Origin: an uncultured bacterium
Lineage (GTDB): Bacteria > B130-G9
Direction: 5' to 3'
NCBI GenBank assembly: GCA_965372715.1
Contig: CBDVDH010000020.1
Location: forward strand, 1-57,485
DNA: 57,485 bases
Each line of letters starts with the position of its first letter. The stretch's first letter is position 1. Positions 1 to 9,657 of this stretch are shown one piece after another. Both the position numbers and the translations under genes were made by a program. The notes beneath the pieces were generated by a model. The model made no database searches and was not told the origin of the DNA. It worked only from the letters and a program-made list of their open reading frames with translations.

Positions 1-66
1 GTGCTTGCCCCGCCCTTCTCTGATGTGACCGAATGTATCAAGGGCGGGGCAAGCACCGCCCCTACA
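1..66. repeat. GTAG-type REP doublet (left copy cut by window edge)
   Basis: GTGCTTGCCCCGCCCT ... AGGGCGGGGCAAGCACCGCCCCTAC inverted pair ending in CTAC. Confidence 0.7.
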
Positions 67-91
67 AGGGAGGACTCGTCATCTGAGGCCT

Positions 92-526
92 GTGGAAGTC
101 TTTGGAGAGTTCGAGACTAGCTCCGCCGATGAGACCCGAGAGCTCGGAGCTCGCCTCGGCGCGTCGCTCAATCCGGGCACCATCGTGCTCTTGGTCGGCG
201 CGCTCGGCGCTGGTAAGACTATATTTGCAAAAGGAATCGCCTCGGCGCTTGGCATCAACGCTGATGCTGTAACAAGCCCCAGCTTTACGTTGATGAACGT
301 CTATGACGGCGAGAAGTGCATGATTCACCTCGATCTGTACCGCGTTGAGGCGCTAGCGCAGGCGGAACAAGCCGGACTGCTTGATGTTTTTGATGGTGGT
401 GCCATTGTTGTGGTAGAATGGCCGGAGAAGATAGCTGATGTTTGTGAGACGCTGCCCCACACCAAGGTTGTAATCGATGTGCCGGGGCCAGGTTCTCGGC
501 TAATCCGGATAATTGAGAGCAACTAG
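92..526 (+). CDS. tsaE: tRNA threonylcarbamoyladenosine biosynthesis ATPase TsaE
   Basis: GALGAGKT P-loop, [14 protein letters not shown] and VVEWPE motifs; GGAGG upstream of GTG. Confidence 0.95.
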   Translation: MEVFGEFETSSADETRELGARLGASLNPGTIVLLVGALGAGKTIFAKGIASALGINADAVTSPSFTLMNVYDGEKCMIHLDLYRVEALAQAEQAGLLDVFDGGAIVVVEWPEKIADVCETLPHTKVVIDVPGPGSRLIRIIESN

Positions 527-540
527 AGAGGGACACGAAG

Positions 541-1086
541 TTGTCGGAACATAGGGCACGTATGAGGGGAACCACGGTGATTGCTGTCAAACGCGACGGA
601 CGAGTTGTCATGGCTGGGGATGGCCAAGTCACGCTTCAGGACACCGTGATGAAGCACAAGGCCAAGAAAATCAGGAAGCTCTATTCGGACAAGGTGCTGT
701 GCGGATTCGCCGGCGCCTCTGCCGATTCGTTCGCGCTTTTGTCTCGTTTCGATGCCAAGCTCGAGGAGTATAGGGGCAATCTGCCGCGGGCTGCTGTTGA
801 GCTCGCGAAGGAATGGCGCATGGATAAGGCCTTGCGGCGGCTCGAGGCGCTCATTGTGGCCGCGGACAAGGAGCATATTCTACTGCTTTCGGGCACCGGC
901 GACGTAATCGAGCCGGACGACGACGTTATCGGCATCGGGAGCGGCGGGCCTTATGCTCTGTCGGCAGCAAAGGCGCTGCTCGCCTATACGGAGCTGAACG
1001 CTCTCGAGATAGCCAAGGCGTCGATAGAAATAGCGGCATCTTTGTGTATATATACCAACGACAATATAACGATTGATGAGCTCTGA
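541..1086 (+). CDS. hslV: ATP-dependent protease peptidase subunit HslV (alternative ATG start at 562)
   Basis: [35 protein letters not shown]; precedes hslU. Confidence 0.97.
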   Translation: MSEHRARMRGTTVIAVKRDGRVVMAGDGQVTLQDTVMKHKAKKIRKLYSDKVLCGFAGASADSFALLSRFDAKLEEYRGNLPRAAVELAKEWRMDKALRRLEALIVAADKEHILLLSGTGDVIEPDDDVIGIGSGGPYALSAAKALLAYTELNALEIAKASIEIAASLCIYTNDNITIDEL

Positions 1087-1151
1087 CAGTTCCGCGCTTT
1101 GCTGAAGGGCGGATTTGAGCTGGATGAGCGTTTCGGATTTCGAGGTAGGCG

Positions 1152-2690
1152 ATGGAAGAATTAACTCCCAGGGAGATAGTTAAGGAACTTGACAAGTTCA
1201 TCATTGGGCAGGACGACGCCAAGCGAGCCGTGGCGATCAGCCTCCGCAACAGGTGGCGGCGGCAGCGCGTTGAGGACAGCCTGCGCGATGAGATAATGCC
1301 CAAGAACATAATCATGGTTGGCCCGACTGGCGTGGGCAAGACGGAAATAGCCAGGCGATTGTCCAATATAGCCATGTCGCCCTTTATTAAGGTCGAGGCG
1401 TCGAAGTTCACAGAGGTTGGATACGTTGGCCGCGACGTTGAGTCGATCATTCGCGACCTGACAGAGATTGCGGTCAACGAGGTTCGCGCCGAATGCATGG
1501 ATGAGTTGACCAAAAATGCCGAGGAAAGAGCCGAAGAGCAGATCCTGAACATACTTCTGCCTCCGCCGTTCAAGACGCAGCAGCTCCCCGAAGCTGAGAC
1601 AAAAGACGATAGCGAGCTTGACGAGGCTTCCGAGGCTGATGCGACGAAGGAGTTCGAGGAGAGAGCGCAAGAGCTCTGGGACCGCTCAGCGCCGAACTTC
1701 CCAGACCCCGACGAGATTCCAAAGATAGATGTGAAGACCGTTGCCCGCCAAGAATCAGATGTTGAGCCGCGGCAAGCCGTTGATCCCGAGGCGATCAAGA
1801 AGTGGGAGAGAACGAAAGAGAAGATGCGGGCCAAACTCAAGGCCGGCAAGTTTGATGACACCGAGATAGACTTCGAGATCAGGGAGGGGGTGAGCGCTGT
1901 GGGGCTAAATATCTTCTCATCGCCGGGCCTTGAGGAAATGGGTATCGATCTGCGGGGCTTGATCTCGGCGCTGCCGTTTCCCTCCGAGAAGCGAACCAGA
2001 AGGGAGAAGGTCAAACATGCGAAGGAGATACTGACGCAGCAGGAGCTCCAGAAAATGGTCGATGTTGACAGCGTGATTAAGGAGGCGGTCACGCGGGTTG
2101 AGGAGACAGGGATAGTATTCCTCGATGAGATTGACAAGATAGTTGGGCGCGAGAGTTACGGTGGGCCGGACGTCTCCAGAGAGGGCGTTCAGCGCGATAT
2201 TCTCCCAATAGTTGAAGGGACGACTGTGCTGACCAAGTATGGAATGGTCAAAAGCGATCATATCCTGTTCATAGCGGCCGGGGCGTTTCACAACTGCAAG
2301 GTGTCCGACCTGATTCCGGAGCTTCAGGGCAGATTCCCCGTGACAGCGGAGCTCTCCTCGCTTGGCAAAGAGGAGTTCGCTAGGATTCTGACAGAGCCGC
2401 AGAATGCACTGTTAAGGCAGTGCAAGGCTCTGCTCGCGGCCGAGGACATAAAGCTCGAGTTCACGGATGACGCGATTTTGGAGATAGCCCGAATCGCTGA
2501 GGTCGTGAACGCGCAAAACGAGGACATCGGCGCCAGACGGCTGCACACCGTCATGGATAAGCTGCTTGACGACGTCTCGTTCGACGCGCCAGACCTCGAA
2601 AAACGCGAGATAGTAGTCGATGCGCCCTACGTCAGAGAAAGGCTCGAAGAGCTTGCCGAAAAGCGAGACCTATCGCAGTTCATCCTGTAG
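1152..2690 (+). CDS. hslU: ATP-dependent protease ATPase subunit HslU
   Basis: LTPREIVKELD, GPTGVGKT, EASKFTEVGYVGRDV, FLDEIDK, GVQRDILP, IGARRL. Confidence 0.97.
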   Translation: MEELTPREIVKELDKFIIGQDDAKRAVAISLRNRWRRQRVEDSLRDEIMPKNIIMVGPTGVGKTEIARRLSNIAMSPFIKVEASKFTEVGYVGRDVESIIRDLTEIAVNEVRAECMDELTKNAEERAEEQILNILLPPPFKTQQLPEAETKDDSELDEASEADATKEFEERAQELWDRSAPNFPDPDEIPKIDVKTVARQESDVEPRQAVDPEAIKKWERTKEKMRAKLKAGKFDDTEIDFEIREGVSAVGLNIFSSPGLEEMGIDLRGLISALPFPSEKRTRREKVKHAKEILTQQELQKMVDVDSVIKEAVTRVEETGIVFLDEIDKIVGRESYGGPDVSREGVQRDILPIVEGTTVLTKYGMVKSDHILFIAAGAFHNCKVSDLIPELQGRFPVTAELSSLGKEEFARILTEPQNALLRQCKALLAAEDIKLEFTDDAILEIARIAEVVNAQNEDIGARRLHTVMDKLLDDVSFDAPDLEKREIVVDAPYVRERLEELAEKRDLSQFIL

Positions 2691-3823
2691 TGTGCGTTAT
2701 CAGACCGTGCAAATCCGTTGCGTTGATGTTCCTCGCCGTCTTGGCTCTGGGGCTTCTCTTTGGCTGCGGCAAGAGGGGCGCCCCCATGGTGCCGAGGACA
2801 AGGGACCCGCTTCCCATCATGGACCTGAAGGCCGTCCAAAGAGGCGGCCTTGTTACGCTATACTTCTCGCTTCCGGCCGAGAACATGGACGGCACGCCGT
2901 TCCGCGATCTGGCGCGCGTCGAGGTCTTCCGCAGAACGCGCCTCGGGCCGGATGAGGCTCGCGATACAAGCACACTAGATAAGCTGCTCGGCAAGAGGGC
3001 CGACAGGGCCAAACTGATTCTCTCCGTCAACGAGACCGAGCTGGTCCAAGGCAAAAACCTGCTCGGCAGAAGTGTGCGCCTCGTCGATAGCGGCGAGGGA
3101 TTTGCGGCGCCGGAGGATTGGTTCGGTAATGTCTTCGAGTATTTCGTTTTCACGCACGGGAGGAGATGGCGAAAGAGTCCACCGTCGAATCTGGCGAAGG
3201 CGATGCCGCTTCTGGGTCCTAAACCGCCGGAACAAGTCGCGACGCAGGCCGGCGATTCGGTGGTCAAGATCGCTTGGCGGCCCCAGACGTTGCTCACAAA
3301 CGGCGCTCCGCTCACGGATTCCGCCTACTACAACGTCTATCGGGTTCCGAATGTCGGCTGGCGACTCGAGGGGCCGCTCAATGAAGAGCTGATTGCTGGC
3401 TGCTCCTACCTGGACCGCGACCTGGTCAACGACACCGAGTATCGCTATGCCGTTACGACGGTGGTCGTGCACGGTGAGCTCTTCGCGGAGAGTGCGACTT
3501 CAGCCACGGTCTCGGCGACGCCGGCAGACCACGTCGCTCCATCGGCGCCGTTCGGACTGGAGACCGTCTCGGGTCAGGGAATCGTGAATCTCCTATGGAC
3601 CGCGGACGAGGCGCCAGACCATCTCGGCTATCGCGTTTACAGGAAAAAAACTGGCGATGAGTCATTCATGCTATTGACGCCGGATCTGATCATCAGAACG
3701 ACTTACGTTGACCGGGCGGTCTTCCCGAATGTGGAATACACCTATTGCGTAACAGCCGTTGACAACTCAAGCTCCGTGAACGAGAGCGGACCATCGAACC
3801 TCGTCACCGCCAGACCCCGCTGA
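2690..3823 (+). CDS. Lipoprotein with C-terminal fibronectin type III-like domains
   Basis: Lipobox LLFG-C followed by GKRGAP; YNVYR/YRVYR and Y.Y.VT.V FN3 patterns. Confidence 0.75.
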   Translation: MCVIRPCKSVALMFLAVLALGLLFGCGKRGAPMVPRTRDPLPIMDLKAVQRGGLVTLYFSLPAENMDGTPFRDLARVEVFRRTRLGPDEARDTSTLDKLLGKRADRAKLILSVNETELVQGKNLLGRSVRLVDSGEGFAAPEDWFGNVFEYFVFTHGRRWRKSPPSNLAKAMPLLGPKPPEQVATQAGDSVVKIAWRPQTLLTNGAPLTDSAYYNVYRVPNVGWRLEGPLNEELIAGCSYLDRDLVNDTEYRYAVTTVVVHGELFAESATSATVSATPADHVAPSAPFGLETVSGQGIVNLLWTADEAPDHLGYRVYRKKTGDESFMLLTPDLIIRTTYVDRAVFPNVEYTYCVTAVDNSSSVNESGPSNLVTARPR

Positions 3824-3840
3824 CTTCAAGTCCCTTGCAA

Positions 3841-3870
3841 TAACTGTGTAATCTGTGCAATCTGCGGACA
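3841..3870. repeat. Triple short-period repeat arm (ACTGTGTA-ATCTGTGCA-ATCTGCGGAC)
   Basis: Near reverse complement of 5651-5680. Confidence 0.65.
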
Positions 3871-3905
3871 GAGTACATTTCCGCAGAGTTAGGATTCATA
3901 AGCCG

Positions 3906-4697
3906 ATGCATCCAGTTCTTTTCACTATAGGCACGTTCAAGGTCGGCACGTATGGCTTGGCGCTGAGCGTCGCGTTTGGGGTCGGCATTGCTCTCGCCTA
4001 CTTCCGGGCCAAGAAGGAGGGCGAGCATCCCGAGCACGTCTTCAATCTCTGCGTCTGGGTCATTCTGGCCGGCATCTTGGGCGCCAAACTCCTTCTGATA
4101 GTCATAGACATCCGGTATTTCCTCGAGAATCCGGGCGAGCTCCGTGGCATCTGGCGCCTTGGCGGCGTATGGTGGGGCGGACCGATACTAGGGGCGCTTG
4201 TTGCCTTGCTCTACACGAGGCGCCACAAGATGCGGTTCCTGAGAACCACGGACATCGTCTCGCCCTCGATGGCCCTCGGCGTGGCAATCGGTCGGCTCGG
4301 CGGCTGCTTCATGGCGGGCTGTTGCTACGGCAAGCCCACAAATTGCGCTCTGGGTGTGACGTTCACGAGTGACTACTCACACGCCATGTTCGGCACACCG
4401 CTTCACATTCCAATACATCCGACTCAGCTCTATAACTCCGTGGCCAATCTGGTTAACTTCGTCATTCTGACGCTCGTTTACAGAAAAAAGAAGTTGGATG
4501 GACAGATATTCCTGCTTTACGTGATGATCTACTCGGTCGGTAGGTTCATAACCGAGTTCTTCAGGGGCGACCCCAGAGGCTCTATTTCGCTCTTCACTTG
4601 GATACTATCAACGTCTCAGTTCATCAGCCTAGTAGCGTTGGCCGTGGCCGGCATCAGCTACTGTCTGCTGCGGCATAGAGCCGTGAAAGTAACGTAA
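3906..4697 (+). CDS. lgt: Prolipoprotein diacylglyceryl transferase
   Basis: MHPVLF start, TYG, GRLGGCFMAGCCYG, HPTQLY, RFITEFFRGD. Confidence 0.95.
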   Translation: MHPVLFTIGTFKVGTYGLALSVAFGVGIALAYFRAKKEGEHPEHVFNLCVWVILAGILGAKLLLIVIDIRYFLENPGELRGIWRLGGVWWGGPILGALVALLYTRRHKMRFLRTTDIVSPSMALGVAIGRLGGCFMAGCCYGKPTNCALGVTFTSDYSHAMFGTPLHIPIHPTQLYNSVANLVNFVILTLVYRKKKLDGQIFLLYVMIYSVGRFITEFFRGDPRGSISLFTWILSTSQFISLVALAVAGISYCLLRHRAVKVT

Positions 4698-5648
4698 ATG
4701 CCTGCCGAACAATCTAACGACCTATTCGGACTGGACCAGACTATCGTCGCCGACGAGGAGGGCCGGCGGCTCGATACTTATCTCGCTGAGAAGCTACCTG
4801 GCACGTCCCGCACGCGGATAGGTAAGCTGATCCACGCCGGGCGTATTCTTGTCGATGGAAAGCAGTCAAAGCCCAGCTGTCAGGTCGAACTTGGGGACAA
4901 GATCGAGGTCCATCTGCCGCCACCGCCGGATGAGACCGTGGTGGCCGAGGCAATCGAGTTCGGCGTCGTCCATGAGGACGAGGCGATAGCGGTCATTTAC
5001 AAGCCGCCGGGTCTCGTCGTTCACTGCACGCCCACGATGCTCTCTGGCACGCTCGTCAACGGCCTTCTGCACCGCTTCGAGAGCCTCTCAACGGTCGGCG
5101 GCCCGATGAGGCGCGGCATCGTTCACAGGCTCGACAAGGACACTTCAGGGATCATGGTCGTCGCCAAGACGGACGAGGCGCACATTGACCTGATGAAGAA
5201 ATTCGAGAACCGGGAGGTCGAGAAGCACTACGTTGCGCTCGTTCATGGGAGCGTGCTTCAGGATCGGGATGAGATCGACTTGCCTGTTACGAGGAGCCCC
5301 CACAACCGCAAGCTCATGACAGCAAGAGCGGGTCGGGGTAGAGAATCGTTGACGGTTGTGGAGCCATTGGAGCGCTTCGGCGTGGCAACACTGGTCAGAC
5401 TCAGTCCCGAGACGGGCCGAACGCACCAGATCCGCGTGCATTTGACCGCCATCGGCCACGCCGTTGTCGCGGACAAGCAATACGGCGGAAGGTCCACGAA
5501 GAGTCGGCCCAACTTCGGGATGACCCGCCAGGCGCTCCACGCCTCGCGACTCGGCTTTGAGCACCCGCAGACTGGCGATTGGGTTGAGTTTGAGGCCCCG
5601 CTGCCGCAGGATATGCAAGCGGCGCTTGATGCGCTGCGGGGAGAATGA
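4698..5648 (+). CDS. rluD: RluA-family 23S rRNA pseudouridine synthase (RluD-like) with S4 domain
   Basis: RLDTYL S4 motif, KPPGLVVH, HRLDKDTSG, GRTHQIRVH, QALHA. Confidence 0.9.
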   Translation: MPAEQSNDLFGLDQTIVADEEGRRLDTYLAEKLPGTSRTRIGKLIHAGRILVDGKQSKPSCQVELGDKIEVHLPPPPDETVVAEAIEFGVVHEDEAIAVIYKPPGLVVHCTPTMLSGTLVNGLLHRFESLSTVGGPMRRGIVHRLDKDTSGIMVVAKTDEAHIDLMKKFENREVEKHYVALVHGSVLQDRDEIDLPVTRSPHNRKLMTARAGRGRESLTVVEPLERFGVATLVRLSPETGRTHQIRVHLTAIGHAVVADKQYGGRSTKSRPNFGMTRQALHASRLGFEHPQTGDWVEFEAPLPQDMQAALDALRGE

Positions 5649-5650
5649 GT

Positions 5651-5680
5651 GTCCGCAGATTGCGCAGATTGACGCAGATT
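5651..5680. repeat. Triple short-period repeat arm GTCCGCAGATT-GCGCAGATT-GACGCAGATT
   Basis: Three CGCAGATT cores between the convergent rluD and TOPRIM-like genes. Confidence 0.7.
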
Positions 5681-5699
5681 AAGGTAAGGCGGACGAAGG

Positions 5700-6341
5700 T
5701 TACAGATCGCTTGTCGATTGGACCCGTCTGAAGGCTCGGCGTAGGTCATCAGCGAACTTCTTGAAGCCCTTGCGATCAACACGTTCAATCGCCTTGAAGT
5801 CAATCTTCTCGGCAATTGCCGTGCCGAACTCAGGCCCAGCAGCCCAGGTTGAGATGTTGGCCGCTGCAATCCGGTCCCAGAGCAGCTGTTTGTAGAAGCC
5901 CCGTTCGCATTTGTGGCGGGGCATCTCGGGAGCAGCAGCGGAGCCTACTACCTCGTTGAAGGCTCTCTGGTCGGCCAAATACCATCTCTCGATATGTGGG
6001 TCAGGGATGGCGAACACCAGCCTGTCCTGGAGGGACGTTTTCAGAGACTTCAGCGATCTGCATTCCTTGAATACTCCCTTAATCCTGTCATTGGGGCCTT
6101 TGCAGTTGCCGTCAAGCGAGATCAGCAGTATTCGGTCCCCGCCCAGCAACTCTGCCGGATTCTGTCTGGCGAATAACTCAAGCCTGGGAAGAAGCCCGCT
6201 GCCACGATCATCAGCCCTTACGTCATGGACCAAGTTGCTCGCATTGATGCCAACATCCCCAGCGATTCTCGTCACAAGGGCTGTCAGGAACTCTTTCTGA
6301 GCTCGGTCCTCAAAGAAGGATGTAATCGTCACCCTATCCAC
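5700..6341 (-). CDS. DUF4276-like (TOPRIM-like) protein, partner of the ABC-type ATPase
   Basis: GTG at 6341 overlaps the ATPase stop; FEDR first-strand acid, LDGN, IPDPHIERWYLAD motif. Confidence 0.65.
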   Translation of the reverse strand: MDRVTITSFFEDRAQKEFLTALVTRIAGDVGINASNLVHDVRADDRGSGLLPRLELFARQNPAELLGGDRILLISLDGNCKGPNDRIKGVFKECRSLKSLKTSLQDRLVFAIPDPHIERWYLADQRAFNEVVGSAAAPEMPRHKCERGFYKQLLWDRIAAANISTWAAGPEFGTAIAEKIDFKAIERVDRKGFKKFADDLRRAFRRVQSTSDL

Positions 6342-7665
6342 CGAAGTCGCCTCTTGGAATTCGGTCCTCGAGGGCCCGTTCGATCTGGTATCTACGATAC
6401 TCGTCGCCAATCGGCTTGAACGGTTCGATCGTGGTTTGTCCGTCTTCTTTGCGGCAAACGAAGAGCTGGCTGTCCTCGAACTGCTCGGCAAACAGCGGCG
6501 AGTGTGTTGTTACAATAAGCTGTTTTGAGTAGTATTTCGCGGCGTTCTTCAGGATGTCAGCAATCAGCCTGATCCTGGTGGGATGCACACCGTTTTCAGG
6601 TTCTTCAACGCAGATAACCGTGGCCGATGATTTTGGATAGAGCGCCGCGAGGAGACCCATAAGCCTAAGCGTCCCGTCCGAGATGAGACGGGAGGAATGC
6701 GAAACCCCGTTTTCAATAAGCCGCAGTCCAACCATTCCAGCCTCTTTCCGATCGATCTCAATGCTTACCTCACCGGGCATGAGCATGTTGAGCGTGAGCC
6801 TGAAGCTATCAAACGACTTGGGATTGTCCTGCTCCAAGACGTTCAGGAAGGCCGGCAACCTCTCGCCCTTACAGCCAATGCTCCTGGTGAACTCGCCGTT
6901 GGCGGGCTGCCGCATGATACCCGGATCAAGGTAGTATGATGACCATTCACTCAACTCCTTCTGATATGCTGATAGATGCGGAAAGAACGGGAGGAGAGCA
7001 GTGGATTCGCCTGGCGAGTCGGGTTCTTTTGGAAAAACCGGAATCAGACGCGGGAATATGCCTGACCAGTCGGGCTCTACTGAAAAAACGTATGCGGCGG
7101 ACTCGCCGTCTTGGCGAAGTTCGATCGCGGGTCCCTTTGGTTTTCTCCATGTACGTCGCAGAATTGGGTTCAAGCCCCTTCTCTCAGTTCCGTCACCATG
7201 GATGGGAAGTAGCTCCTCACCCTCCGCAAGCGCAACCCGCCATGTGGGGGCCAAAGCCTCGATGGACAAGGTATGCCTAAGGAACCTGTGGATGATCCGG
7301 TTGACAACCTCCTTCTTATCGGGCGAATGGCCTGGGGCCAAGATCGGGGTCTCAGATTCGAATTGGTCCAGGACGGATTGAGACAGCTGTACATCGACCT
7401 CGAACGACATCTCGAGCTTGTCTCGCTTCAGCATCTCCTCGAAGCCAACGTCTCCGTAGTAGAAACTCTCGAGCGGGAAGCCTCGATGCCCCTCAAACGC
7501 CTCGCCGAGCGTCTTGCACGTCGCCATGCGCGAGAGGATCTGGATCGCGTCCAAAAGGTTGCTCTTGCCTGAGGCGTTCGGGCCGAAGATGACCGAAACG
7601 GGCGAGAGCTTCAGGTCGAGGCTCTTGAACGATTTGTAGCCCTCGATCTTTATTCGCTTTATCAT
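6334..7665 (-). CDS. AAA_21/AAA_15-type ABC ATPase (OLD/defence-associated)
   Basis: IKRIKIEGYKSF start, GPNASGKS, ISDGTLR, ICVEEPENGVHP, TTHSP. Confidence 0.9.
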   Translation of the reverse strand: MIKRIKIEGYKSFKSLDLKLSPVSVIFGPNASGKSNLLDAIQILSRMATCKTLGEAFEGHRGFPLESFYYGDVGFEEMLKRDKLEMSFEVDVQLSQSVLDQFESETPILAPGHSPDKKEVVNRIIHRFLRHTLSIEALAPTWRVALAEGEELLPIHGDGTERRGLNPILRRTWRKPKGPAIELRQDGESAAYVFSVEPDWSGIFPRLIPVFPKEPDSPGESTALLPFFPHLSAYQKELSEWSSYYLDPGIMRQPANGEFTRSIGCKGERLPAFLNVLEQDNPKSFDSFRLTLNMLMPGEVSIEIDRKEAGMVGLRLIENGVSHSSRLISDGTLRLMGLLAALYPKSSATVICVEEPENGVHPTRIRLIADILKNAAKYYSKQLIVTTHSPLFAEQFEDSQLFVCRKEDGQTTIEPFKPIGDEYRRYQIERALEDRIPRGDFGG

Positions 7666-7678
7666 AACTTTGCCCCCA

Positions 7679-7897
7679 TTAGGCCGTGGTCTTTTGAAAC
7701 ACTTCGCGCTTCTTCACAAAATTCGAGAGAGCCTCCAAGAAGAAGTCCCTTGCGTCCAGAATCTCCAGAAGAACCAACTCGCCATCCTCCGAAAAATGGA
7801 CTATGAATTGGCCCATGTCTTCTGCGTGATCGATGTTCTTATCGGAAAACTCGATTAGAAGCGCATCAACGTCCGGGCTATAGTCCATTTTTGTCAT
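7679..7897 (-). CDS. DUF2283 domain protein (antitoxin-like)
   Basis: MDYSPDVDALLIEFS ... GELVLLEILDA pattern; AGGAGG SD. Confidence 0.8.
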   Translation of the reverse strand: MTKMDYSPDVDALLIEFSDKNIDHAEDMGQFIVHFSEDGELVLLEILDARDFFLEALSNFVKKREVFQKTTA

Positions 7898-7960
7898 CGC
7901 ATTCCCTCCTTTCGGTGAGAATCCTAACCGATGTGCAAGATCAAGGCAAGTCCCGGCGAA

Positions 7961-9175
7961 CTACGCAATCACGAGGCTCGCGAAGGTTACCGTGCCCATC
8001 GGGTCGTAGGCTTGCGAGTAGTCGATCAGATCGAAGCTGCCGCCAGTAATCGCCGCCGTAAGCAGGATCGGCATGTAGCCGCATATATTCCGCGCGTTGC
8101 CGTCTGCTTGGACGCCATTTGCGAATGCCGCGACGTTGGGCTTCGCAAGCAACTCCAGTAGTCCAAGGTCCTTTTGCTTCGTCTCGTCGGCGGCGCCAGG
8201 CGTGATCTCGACCGTCGGCTCGTCGCCGAAACGCGGGCCGATGTGCGCCAAATCCGCGCTCGCGACTACGAACGTCTCGTCCGGCGCCTGGGCTATAAGC
8301 TCCCTCATGGCCTCGACGAAATCCGACGCCAGCGGGCTTATGAAGCCGTCCTCGCCCCAGGCCAGTTCCTCCCGCGCTATCGAAAGAACGGGCACAATCT
8401 CGACGTCGTTGCCGAAGAGGAACTGGATGAATAGAAGCTGGAGCTCAATAGAATGCTCGGTGCGGTGGGCGAGCTCGCCCTCAAACGCCTTCGGCCCGAG
8501 CCGCTCAACTAAGTGGTTCACGAACGCCTTGTCCGTTCTGACCAGCCCCAGCGGCGTCTCGAAGTCCTTTCTGGTCAACGCAAGCGGCGCATTCAGCTCG
8601 AAATGCCCCGTCCCAATCACGACGAACCGCCTCGCCCGACAGCCCCTCGCCGCCGCAGACCAGCCCCTCGCATAGCATGACCCGCCCCGCTCGAGGTCGA
8701 TGTGCGGTAGGACGGCGCCCTTGAGGCGTTCGCCGGTCCCGATCTTGGGCATCTCCCCCGGGCCATCCTTGGCCTGGAATACGCTCGACAAGAGGCATTC
8801 AACCCCCTCGGCATCGGACGGATGGCTCCTGCCCGCCAGAAAGCTCATCCTCACGTCCGACCCCCTGAACTCATCCTCGACGGCCCTCCTGTATCTCTCG
8901 AATGCCGCCCCCTCCAGCATGTGCGCCTCGTCCAGTTTCTCGATGAGCTCCTTGATCTTGTCGCTGTAAAGGAGACTCCCTGTCCGACGCATGTAGGCCG
9001 CCTGGATGTCAACGACCGAGTTTGAGCCGTCAAACGTCCGCACGATATTGAAGGCCTCGGGCGAAAGCAGCGCAACGTCAGGCGCCATGTTCGACGGGTC
9101 CCGTAGGCACATCAGCCGCCGCCCGCCCTGCACCACTGGAAACGCCTCAACCGCCCTCAACCTCGGGTACTCCAA
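7961..9175 (-). CDS. amrB: AmmeMemoRadiSam system protein B (MEMO1 family) with N-terminal extension; probable TTG start 9175
   Basis: PHID, GTGH, FETPLG, EHSIELQ, SADLAHIG, NICG; GGAG upstream of TTG. Confidence 0.85.
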   Translation of the reverse strand: MEYPRLRAVEAFPVVQGGRRLMCLRDPSNMAPDVALLSPEAFNIVRTFDGSNSVVDIQAAYMRRTGSLLYSDKIKELIEKLDEAHMLEGAAFERYRRAVEDEFRGSDVRMSFLAGRSHPSDAEGVECLLSSVFQAKDGPGEMPKIGTGERLKGAVLPHIDLERGGSCYARGWSAAARGCRARRFVVIGTGHFELNAPLALTRKDFETPLGLVRTDKAFVNHLVERLGPKAFEGELAHRTEHSIELQLLFIQFLFGNDVEIVPVLSIAREELAWGEDGFISPLASDFVEAMRELIAQAPDETFVVASADLAHIGPRFGDEPTVEITPGAADETKQKDLGLLELLAKPNVAAFANGVQADGNARNICGYMPILLTAAITGGSFDLIDYSQAYDPMGTVTFASLVIA

Positions 9176-9451
9176 AATCCTATCTCCGTCGGACCCAACG
9201 AATACTGAAACCGCAACACCTGGATAAGATAATAACACATTCGTCCGTCTGGCGTCTCCAAAACTCCCAAAAGGCCTGCTTGACACGTAGTTCCGCCCCG
9301 GTTGATTATGTATGCAGTACAGAATGCGGTGGAGTAACCAGACCACTGAGCAAAATGACATCAGCGGATGCGTCGGGTCAGACTAGCTTGGCGAGTTTGG
9401 AAGGCGATCGAGGCAGCCAGACTTGGCTGAGGAGTTGCACCCGATGGGTGC

Positions 9452-9592
9452 TTTGGAGTGCGGTGGCCTGACACCGCTTTGGCTCGCCGCGGCCTGACGC
9501 GGCGCCCGCCCCAATCAATCATTCCCGGTTCCTGAAATCGTCACATGGATCACAGTCATGGAAAAAACAGATCGCAACCCTGAAGGGGTTGC
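9452..9592. repeat. Short palindromic intergenic repeats
   Basis: TTTGGAGTGCGGTGGCCTGACACCGCTTTGG hairpin and GCAACCCTGAAGGGGTTGC hairpin. Confidence 0.5.
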
Positions 9593-9657
9593 ACAAAAGA
9601 TGATCGCCCCAGCCCGCTGTGGCAGGCTTGCTCCACGTCAACCGCAGAGCAGAAACG

